Both the position numbers and the translations under genes were made by a program. Below are positions 53,304 to 64,000 of a stretch of DNA of 64,000 nt, one piece after another. This DNA is from Octopus sinensis (lineage: Eukaryota), in assembly GCF_006345805.1 (NCBI RefSeq), contig NC_043004.1, positions 44,888,001-44,952,000 on the forward strand, written 5' to 3'. Positions within the stretch are counted from its first letter, which is position 1. Each line of letters starts with the position of its first letter. Below the pieces are notes generated by a model, which had not been told where the DNA came from, did not search any database, and saw nothing but the letters and a program-made list of their open reading frames with translations.

Positions 53304-53864
53304 TAAAATTTGTCCATGATGCCATGCAGTGGGATTGAACCTGGGACCTCGTAATTATTTAGCGAACTTCCTTAATATTCAGCCATGCTGCGCGTACTGT
53401 TAAACTTGAACACCCCTTGTGATAAGATTCTTTGAAATACTAGTACAATATGTTCGGCAGGCTGGGGTAGGAGACGCCGAAGGAGCTGAGCAGTGAGATT
53501 GAACTTTGAAACATGTAGTTGCAAAACTTATAAAAACATTAATATTTACTCAGTGTGTGTATGTGTATGCGCGTGTGCACAATGTCTTGTAGTGTCCCCT
53601 CTATGTCGCCCCTAGTGGGTAATAAAGAAATAGCACATCCATGTGCATACATATAGTCCTACATTGTTATGTTAAGGATCCTAATTTGGAATTTTGAAAC
53701 CACCTTGGTGTAGTGCTTAGTACGATTTTATAGGCAGTTCGATTCTCGGAGTCGATGTTAATTCTTATCTGTCTATCTGTCTGTCTGCATGTAACTGTGC
53801 GTACATGTGATAGTATCCCGTGTGATACAAATTAAAATATAGATACTTGTCTTTGGGATCAAAG

Positions 53865-54287
53865 GGATCTTTTCGGTTTGAACAGCAGTTTTTTTCTAGC
53901 GGCGTCATATGAAATTGTCACCCATAGTTATGACCCTAGAATCGATCTATTGCATTTCAATCTCTTTTAAGATTAGGGTTAGGGGTGGGGGGAAGGGTAT
54001 CTTTTTTTTCTTCACAAATGTAAATAAACTCAATCTGTTTCTTAAACGAGGGACATATTCATACGGTACAGAAGGTTTTTTTTTTACCTCAATGGACGTC
54101 ATTGATTGGTTGTAATTGCAGAAATTGAAGAAGAAAAACAACAAATATCTTACAAACTATAGAATTTTCTCAATAAAGCCAAGAGAAAAAGATGTTTTAT
54201 AAACACATTCTACCAGTATACGAAGTTTAAAATTTTTTAGTTAATTAGAAATTATGTTAAAAACTGCCGTTCAAACCGAAAAGATCC
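53865..54287. mobile_element. MITE (GGATC family), reverse orientation, 9-bp TSD
   Basis: TTGTCTTTG at 53847-53855 and 54288-54296, with an extra GGATCAAAG (53856-53864) before the left TIR. Confidence 0.9.
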
Positions 54288-55538
54288 TTGTCTTTGTGTA
54301 TTTCTAATCTTTCATCGAAGCAATCAAATATCAGGGGGTACGAGTGAAGCATGACGTTTGTTAATGTTAAGCCGTAACCACATCTAAATTCAAATGTTTT
54401 CGGCGCACGACCCACTTTTATCGAACGTACCAGTTTCTTTTACCATAAAATCGGACGTGATACGAGGGAGATTTGGCTGCTATTTCCAGCAGATTGAGTG
54501 GCACTGACTAAGAGCGTGTCTAACGAAATTACATGCACGCGTATGTGCGTACGAACACTCATCCATGCGTACGTGCACACGCACATATAGATAGATAGAT
54601 AGATAGATAGAGAGTCTGATCAGACATTCCGTCTCTGGCTTATTCATCTGATAGAGGTGAAGTTGTGATTATGATGCCCTTTTCCAAGGAAATTAGCAAT
54701 TATGAGATTAATTAGGTTTAAACTTTTTCCTCGGTCAGTACCAATTACCATTTCATAAACGTGCCAGATTACTTACTAGCCGAGAGTCCACGCATATACA
54801 CACATTTTCACACACACGTGTACAATTATACGCTCGTCTTTTCTCATCTTTCACACATTCTCTGATAACAGACACAAAAACCCGAAAATATATATATATA
54901 TCTTTAAACACATACACACACAGTTTTTTACAGACATACCCGTGAACACCCAAATACAGACACTATCTTTACACATATACCACATATACATACATACGCA
55001 CGCTCACACACCAAACCACATAGATTTTAGTTTTGCGAATACAATGCATATTCATCACAAACACGAACACCCCTTTCGTGTATAGACGTATAGTATACAC
55101 ACCCCTTTATACGGAAACTAGGTCTAGTGGTGGGTTGCGGGGTTTTCGTTGCTAATATTATTTCAAGCTTAATGTCAGACACTCCTCACGGCTGCTCTTT
55201 TTTTTCCTCCTAGTCGTCGATAAATTCGTCTGTCAGTTGTCTCTTTCTGCAAACACACCGCCAACATAGCCACAGCTAGTTTATTACATTGCCCCAGAGA
55301 TTGGACAACGGCCATTCTGGAGCACTGCTTTCAAGTTTTTTTTTCTTTCTTAGTTCGTCATATTGCTCTTACTAACTAAATAGTGAGACTTGATATAACC
55401 AAACCGGCAGATACGAACACATCCATTTATCTGTTTCTTCCGCCTTCTTTCTTTCTCTCTTTTCTATTTTGTAGTTTCAGCTCAGAGCTGTGACCATGCT
55501 GGGGCACCGACTATCTATCTATCTGTCTGTCTGTCTGT

Positions 55539-55605
<67 letters not shown>

Positions 55606-56838
55606 TCTGTCTGTCTGTCTGTCTGTCTATCTGTCTCTCTGTCCGTTTGTCTGTCCGTCCGTCCGTCCACATTAATCACATATCTTTATATCTATAATAG
55701 CTATGTGTATATTTGTATCCGTATATCTATGATTGTATCCATATATTTTATATCTATTTACCTCTATATATATATATATATATATATCTAATCTCTCTGT
55801 ATCTGTCATCGCTGTATCTATAGATAATCTATGTTGTTTTCTCTTATCTAAGCTAGCGTATATTTATAGCTATTTATTATCCCTCCACAACACATACATA
55901 CACACACACACACACACAAAACTGTCATTTATATCATAATTTCTATCTGCCTAGACTTGCTCAGCGGAACCGAACGAAACCGAACCTGTAACCACGTGGC
56001 CGGCTATATATCTATTTATTTAAGCATTCTCCGTTCACGTAACTTTTCGGTTTCCCCCCCGCAATTTTTTCTCTATGTCTGACTCACTTTTTCCTTGTTT
56101 GTGTTCTGTTGCTTTTTTTAAATTTTCTATTTTATATCTTTCCTTCGTTGCTTTCTCTTTCTTTTTGTCCTTCTTTCTCACTTTCGTTCAACCATTCTCT
56201 TCAGTTTCTCTCCCTTTTTCTTGTCTTTCAATCATTCTTCATTCTTTCATCAGGCATCCCCCTAACCGGCCTCTATGTATATATATTTCCTGCTACTGTT
56301 CATTTTGCGGTTTTATTTCATCCTATTTCGATCTTTCGTTACCAGTCTCTCTTTTACTTACTATCCGTCTATTTTTTTTTCTTTCACTCTTTCTTGATCG
56401 CGATGAGGGAGCATCCTGTGATAATTCGACCTGGTTGAAATAGCATTTTGTTAATCCTTAAATTACACTCTCCTATTTCAAAATAAAAGGGGGACACTTA
56501 GAGATTTCAATCCACTCGCTAAAAAAACAAAAAATGAAATTTTCTTTGATCTATGAACAACAGTAGACCGTCTGTTCAATTAGACCTTACCTGGGGCTAA
56601 ACAGCCCCTATTTCTTTCCATTACGTCTTTTTATTTGATTTTGTTTTTGCCACCTGTCTCCGTCACACTTAATCTGTCTCGCCTATTCTTTCTCAGCCAT
56701 CTCTTTGACAATCACTTCCAATGTGGAGAGGAAAGACTGTCGCAGAAATGGTAGAGAAGGAATATATACACACATACATACATAATATATGTATGTATGT
56801 ATGTACGTACATATGTATGTATGTACGTATGGACGTAC

Positions 56839-56869
<31 letters not shown>

Positions 56870-57000
56870 TGTATGTATGTATGTATGTATGTATGTATGT
56901 ATGTACGTATGTATGCATCTATCTATCTATCTGTCTGTCTGTCTGTCTGTCTATATATCTATCTATATGTCTGTCTATCTATCTATTTATCTATCTATTT

Positions 57001-57414
57001 GCAAGCTGGCAGACACGTTAGCGCGCCGGACGGAATGCTTCGCGGTATTTCGTCTGTCGTTACGTTCTGAGTTCAAATTCCGCCGAGGTCGACTTTGCCT
57101 TTCATCCTTTCGGTGTCGATAAATAAAAGTACCAGTTTCGCACTGGGGATCGATGTAATCGACTTAATCACTCTGTCTGTCCTTGTTTGTCCCCTCTGTG
57201 TTTAGCCCCTTGTGGGTAATAAAGAAATAGGTATTTCGTCTGTCGTTACGTTCTGAGTTCAAATTCCGCCGAGGTCGACTTTGCTTTTCATCCTTTCGGG
57301 GTCGATAAATAAAAGTACCAGTTTCGCACTGGGGATCGATGTAATCGACTTAATCCCTTTGTCTGTCCTTGTTTGTCCTCTCTATGTTTAGCCCCTTGTG
57401 GGCAATAAAGAAAT
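57001..57414 (+). mobile_element. SINE family A head-to-tail dimer
   Basis: GGTATTTCGTC at 57044 and 57230, giving a 186-bp unit. Confidence 0.9.
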
Positions 57415-57454
57415 CCATCCATCCATCCATCCATCCATCCATCCATCCATCCAT

Positions 57455-57537
<83 letters not shown>

Positions 57538-58209
57538 GATCTGTTTTTACTTCTTAATTTTTTTTTCCTTCCATGCCTTCTCAACATCTCCGTCCTTCAT
57601 TCAGTCTTCCTCTACTTTTCCCAATATTATTTTGTCTCGTTACTTTCCGTCCATTCACCTACCTCTCTCTGTTTTAGACTTTTCATCTTTTGATTTATAT
57701 CGTTTCATGTATTTTCCTTTCTTTTTTCTTTTTTTTTCTCTCTCGTTACTTTTGTCTGACTCTATAATGTCATATTTCTCTCTGTTCCCCTCTCTCTCTC
57801 TCTCTCTCTTTTTCTCTCCCTTCTCCAGATCTAGAAATTCCTTCTCTATCGTTTATTTTTCCCGCTTTCTGCCACTCCGTCTTCATCTCTTTTTACTCTC
57901 ATTATCGCTTCTCTGTAGCACTCTCTTCCCCCTCTATCACTTTCTCTTAACTTTCTTTCGTAACCCATGTACCACTCTCTTCTCTCAGATATTACTCTCT
58001 TTCCTTCTCTATCACTCTTACCCCATCTATTACTCCTCCCTTCTATCACTGTTCAAATTCTAACATTTTCTCCCTACTTTCACTTTCACCCAGTTTAACA
58101 ATTTCCCCCATCTATTCCCCCCCTCTCTATCACTCTTTCCTCTCTTTTATCACCCTTCTCTTCACTATTTTAAATCGGTAATCTGTATTTCTCTACCTTC
58201 CTTTCCTTC

Positions 58210-58505
58210 TCTATCGCCCTTTTCCCCCCACCTAACACTATTCTCTCCCTCTCTATCGCCCTTTTCCCCCCATCTAACACTGTTCTCTCCCTCTCTATCG
58301 CCATTTCCCCCCCATCTAACACTGTTCTCTCCCTCTCTATCGCCCTTTTCCCCCCATCTAACACTGTTCTCTCCCTCTCTATCGCCCCGTTTCCCCCCAT
58401 CTAACACTGTTCTCTCCCTCTCTATCGCCCTTTTCCCCCCATCTAACACTGTTCTCTCCCTCTCTATCGCCCTTTTCCCCCCTTCTAACACTGTTTTCCC
58501 CCTCT
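58210..58505. repeat. 42-bp minisatellite, ~7 copies, inside a ~1-kb pyrimidine tract
   Basis: TCTATCGCC recurs at 58210, 58252, 58294, 58336, 58378, 58421 and 58463. Confidence 0.95.
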
Positions 58506-61500
58506 CCGTCACTCTTTTCTCCGTTTCTATCACTCGCCTTCCTCCCTTTCTCTATCATTTTTTCCCCCATCTCGTAACTCTTTCTCTCACACACGTTTCT
58601 TTATTCAAGCTTTGTTGTCTGGACCTTTCTTCTCTTTCCGTTCATTCTTCCTGCCTCTGTTATTTTTCTATTATTTATGTGCATCTTTTTCTCTGATTCT
58701 CTAATCTGCCTATTTGTTCCTATTCTTTCATTGTATTTATCTCGTTCGTTCATTCATTCACTTATTTATGTAAGTAGTTTTATTGTCAGCCAATCTTTCT
58801 TGTTTGTCTTTCCTTCGTCCGTCATTCAACATGTCCGACTTTAAATATTCTCTTCTCCATATCCTATCTCATACCAAATACAAGTTCTGATTAATATTTC
58901 ATGTCTTCGTCCTCTTCTCTACACCACATCTCAATAATTCACCTATCTGTCTACTGAAATGAATACCTTTTTTCTGAACAACAACAACAACAATAAAAGA
59001 GAGAGAGAGAGAGAATTACATCGCCATGCTACCAATGTGTCTCTGACTGACCTGTCTATCTTTCTATCTCAGTTTGTCTATTGGTCTGCTTGACCTGTCT
59101 ACTCCTATTTGTCTTCACCTACCCGTCTGCCTGTCGTTCTATATTTCTGTCTGTATTAGTATCTTTGTACTCACCTCTTATGTGTATCACCACCCTTGTC
59201 GTCGTCATCAACATCGTCATCATTGCTGCTTTACGTCCACTTTTCAGAGTTAGCATAGATTGGATGGTTTTTCTTAGGATTTGGTTGGTGGCTGGATACC
59301 CTTCCTGCCAGAAACCCTTTTAGACGCCTCTTATGACTCGCAAGAATGCAGTGTATCTGTTCTAGAGCTGGAATACACATCACACACACACACACACACA
59401 CACCTTGAGTGATTGACAAGTTCAGCTCTCAATCAGTCCCATTACTTGGTCTTTTAAATAGGTCTTGATATGATTACTGCCACCTAAATGAAATTAGTAC
59501 AAGCAGTGCGGAGGCCTGCCCGTGCATGTATATACATGCATGTGTGTATAAGTGTGTATGTGTGTGTGTACTTGAATAAATGTGTTTTCTCCATATCCTC
59601 CCATTGAAACTATGAAAAGCACTGCTTTGTTTATGCTCCATAAGCTAGCAGTTCGTCAAATGGAGTTCTGTAAGTTAAGCCCGTGACTGAAAAAGATCCA
59701 CGGTTGACATAATCTGACTAAAGCCATTCCAAGGCAGTGCTCCAGCGTGGGCATGTTTCACTTCTTCCATCCTCACATTTGTCCCCCCCCCTCTTCTTGC
59801 TCTCTCTTTTTTCACAGGCACACACGTGTATATGGGATACATGTAAACTGTATGTTTCATTATTCATCCAATGACCTTTTAACACATGCTTACATGTTCT
59901 TTACTGTTGTGGTTTGACCTGTGATTGAAGATATTCCAACCATGACCTTACTGTCTGTAGAGAATGTCTAATCTATGACTACATCATATAAAAGAGACTT
60001 GACTATTAATCCTAGCTGGACGAGTAACCCTGTAGAAGGTCATTGTAGAAGAGTTGCATGTATGTGTGTGTGTGCGCGCGCGTACACTCTTCATCCACTC
60101 ACCCACACTTCCACATATTTACTGTCTGTCTGTCTGTCTCTCTGGTTTCTAGTTATGATGTTTCATCCCTGTGTTTTGTTATGTCACTTTGCCCTTACCA
60201 AACCCAGCTCTTATTGGCTATTTAAACAGATATATTAGCTAATACAGTCAGACAGTGCAGTTGATACAGTGGCAAGGGAAGGCAGGAGGGAAAGAAATTA
60301 ATGAGTCAGATCAGAATTTCAATCAGTTTACCTTCCCATTGTTAATGCAGGGCCTGACAGATGCGGATGATATATACTTGTACGATTATTCACGTGCGTA
60401 TGCACACGGAACACAGGCATGGCCAAATGGTTAAAAAAGTTTAGTTGCAATCATGAGATCTTGGATCTGGTACCTTAGAATGGCAACTGGGGCAAATAAC
60501 TTCTATCACACAGCCTTGGCTTGACACAAGCTTTGTAGACAAGGGGTTAAAATACAGCTGCACAAACGTGTGTGCACATATACACACATGTACATGTGTA
60601 CACTCACATACATATATGAATACACACGCATGACTGAAGTGATAGCATCAAAAGACTGAAGAAAATCATCATCATTAAACATCTGTTTTTCCATGAAAAT
60701 ATAAAAAAAACACCTTAGCAAAACATTACATTTTGACATTATGCACAAATGTGTGCACACACACGTGCATGCACACACACATCCATTTTGGTGCTCAAAA
60801 TGTACTCAAGTGGTATTTATTGATTCACAGCTGATGAAATACTCCTCCTGTTATTCTGGTTTTCCACATCTCGCTGCCAACTGTATTTACCTGCATACAC
60901 AAGTTGACATGGTATATAATGTAAACACATTGTATAAACATTCAAACATTGTCTCTATCTTTCCAAATCTTGCTGTATTTCACTTGGGATTTTTGATCCT
61001 CCAAAGTCATCTTAGAGTATAAGTTGACCTACCACTTTCAGCTGTAAACTTGGTCTGTAAAATTGGACTTTATGCCAAAAAAAACAATAGGTTCAGATTA
61101 TTATATATTTACAAATATCCATAGGAGTTACCGGTTCATAACAACATGGTCAGGTAATTTGGAATAAGGAGCTTAAAAGCACGAAGTCTGAGTGTTAGGT
61201 TTTATCTACAGCAGTGATTCCTTCAAAAGATATTTTGTGAACCCAAGGGCTCATTTGGGGACTGAATGGGAGCTTGGGATCAAATCCAGTTATAAAAGAA
61301 AATAAAATAAAAAAATATATAGAAACTACAAAGAAAGATAGCTACACAAAAGCAGGAGGATGGCAATACCAAAATAACTGGAGTGGTGGTGATTGGGGGT
61401 TGTTATATAAAGTTGTGTTACTAGTGAAGGTAATGAAGTTGGTGATGGTGGTGGTACTTGGATCTGCTGGCAAAGAAATACCCAAATATTATGTTTGGTG

Positions 61501-62700
61501 TGGCTTCCTAACCACGCGGTCTTGGATTCAACTCCACTGTACTTCACCTTCTACTATAACCCCAAGTTGACTAAATCCTTGTTAGGAGATTTGGTAGAAG
61601 GAAACTGAAAGAATTCTGCCATACATACATATATATCTCTGTGTGTGTGTGTCACCACTACTTAACAACTGGTATTGGTTTGTCTACATCTCTATAACTT
61701 AGGGTTTCGCAAAAGAGACCAATAGAATTAGTACCAGACTTAAAAATAAGTATTGGAGTTGATGTGTTCAACTAAATCATTCAAAGTAGTACCCCAGCCT
61801 GGCCACTGTCCAATGACTCAAATAACTAAAAAATTAAGGATATATGTATATATCTGTGTGTATACAGTGTTCCTGTCTGTATCCATCTGCGTTCAGTATT
61901 CTTACCTACACTGTACTGTTGTTCTTAGTTATTCTTACTTGTTCCCCCCTGCTTTAGTGTTAACACAACCTAGTTTGCATGTGTAAATATGTACCATGTA
62001 TTGTCATGCATACAGCTAGTCTTTGAACAGTGAATATTTAAACAAGTTCATCATAACAGCCACGTTTAACTCCACTTGCATGGTGTGCAAACATCATCCC
62101 TGCAGTTTATGGATTGTTTTGTGATAATAGCAGCCACTGCGTTCCAAAATTCCATCATGCAAAACACACACACATACCCTCTCTCTGCCTTTCTCTTTAG
62201 AAAAGATTTTTTTCCTAAAGAATCTGGAAGACGTGCTTGGCTTATAAAATAATAAAGCAGAAGCAGTATCATTCATGTTGTCAATCACATTTCACTCATT
62301 TTCCAAAAAAAAAAAAAAAAAAAGAAAAAAGAAATAAAAACAGAATAAGAGAAACAAATTATACATATATCAAAGTTCTGCAATTCCTCACTATGACCAC
62401 CTCCACAGTAACAAAAAAAAAAGAACAAAAGTACCTTGTAACACAAATGACTACTAAACCATTCTGTTGATGATGAATGGCAGTAGTGATGATAATGATG
62501 ATGATTTGTAAAGTTGGCATAAATCTTGGAATTAATTAGACAAGAAAATAGGAGGCTGTAACAGTCATGCCCCTTTACCAAAGGTTTTATTCACAAAATT
62601 GAACGTCATGTGATTATTTGTACTTTCAAGCTTTTTGTTCAAGGAAAAGGAGACTGCTTCTGGCCCTTCTTTGGGTTTCCAATACTAGGCATGAAGAGAG

Positions 62701-62821
62701 ATTATTTACATTATTTACAATTGACGGATATTTGTCCTCATCTTGTTTTGGCTGATATACCCTCCAGCCTTCAGCAGGTGTCTTGGGGAAATTTCGAACC
62801 TGGGTAAGGTATTTTTCGGTG

Positions 62822-62870
<49 letters not shown>

Positions 62871-63100
62871 AGTCACTGCCTGGAAATAAACTTGGGATCT
62901 TGGGGTTAGTAGCCCACGCTCTTAACCACTACGCCATGTGCCTGTTGTGGTTAAGAGCGCTGGCTACTAACCCCGAGATTCTGAGTTCAATTCCAAGCAG
63001 TGACCTGAATAATAATAATAATAACAAACAAGATGAGGACAAATATCCGTCAAATGTAAATAAAGTAAATAATGTGCATAATTCCTCATCTCTTAACTAC
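62701..63100. mobile_element. Head-to-head inverted pair of family E elements
   Basis: The minus arm reads leftward from about 62938 and the plus arm starts at 62947. Both have the tRNA-like head, (AAT)n and the AACAAGATGAGGACAAATATCCGTC tail. Confidence 0.85.
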
Positions 63101-63251
63101 AGAAATGAAGAGAGATATTCTTAAACCAGAGATCTGGCCTGAATGCTTGCAAGAGAGTGGACTCTGCTAAAGACATCCAAGTGCTAAGATGGTGGTGTTA
63201 AATCGGGTGACAGACTGTGTCTTCTTCCTGTAATAATATTTAAACTTAGAA

Positions 63252-63463
63252 GGAGGCGAGCTGGCAGAAACATTAGCATGCTGGGCGAAATGCTTAGTGG
63301 TATTTTGTCTGTCTTTACATTCTGAGTTCAAATTCCGCCGAGGTTAACTTTGCCTTTCATCCTTTTGGGGTCGATAAATTAAGTACCAGTTGTGTACTGG
63401 AGTTGATCTAATCCACTGGCCCCTGCCCCCAAAATTCCGGGCCTTGTGCCTTGAGTAGAAAAG
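63252..63463 (+). mobile_element. SINE family A, alternative tail, 17-bp TSD
   Basis: AATATTT(A/G)AACTTAGAA at 63235-63251 and 63464-63480. Confidence 0.9.
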
Positions 63464-64000
63464 AATATTTGAACTTAGAATACAAAGAGCAGGAACGAAT
63501 ACCATAAAGAACTAAGTCCAATGTTTTTTTACAGTTCCACCAGACCTGCATTCAAACAGACCTGTGATGAAAAGTGTTCCAGCCATGGCACTCCTGACTT
63601 ATATTTACACACCACAGAGTCTGCCAGAAAAATGTATACACACTTCAGGAGAGGAAAAATATTTTAATTCAGTGTTATCACACTTTGATAAAACATCTAA
63701 AGGGGTATTTATAGAGGTACTTTTACAAGTTGAATATTTATACAGATTTTTCCTTTCCTGAAGTGTGTATACATTTTTTTGGCAGACCCTGTATATATCT
63801 CACCGCATTATGAAATATGTCCTTCCTTCTTTTGTTGCAGATCATTATTTCTTTGGAAAGCCATTTTTATTCATTTTAAATATTACTGTCATCATCATTA
63901 TTGTTGTTGATTTTAACCTCCACTTTTTCTTGCTTGCATGAGTCAGATGGAATTCATTGAGATGGATTTTTTAAAGCCAAATGCCCTTCCTGTTGCTAAC

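Noticed and set aside
37029-58505. CRISPR-like appearance of the 130-bp array and the 42-bp minisatellite
   Set aside because: No constant repeat with unique spacers, no cas genes, and the context is eukaryotic.

Overview
AT-rich eukaryotic DNA that is almost entirely non-coding and saturated with microsatellites. The repeat families look like those I associate with Octopus, but the taxon is inferred and not verified. There is a 100-N gap at 18452-18551. No gene could be named, and nearly all ORF-track entries are microsatellite read-throughs. The supportable content is as follows. (1) About 40 tRNA-headed SINE copies from at least 4 families, several as head-to-tail multimers. (2) Seven copies of a ~420-bp MITE with GGATCTTTTC termini, 8-9 bp TSDs and internal TTAGGG repeats, plus a 95-bp foldback with the same ends. 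(3) A decayed Penelope-like (PLE) reverse transcriptase. (4) A 1.2-kb tandem duplication. (5) Three weak, phase-consistent candidate exon chains. The most interesting signal is three unrelated short repeat families that each fold by eye into a minimal type-I hammerhead ribozyme. One of them sits behind a tRNA-like Pol III head and occurs head-to-head at both of its loci. All folds and splice models were made by eye and are untested.
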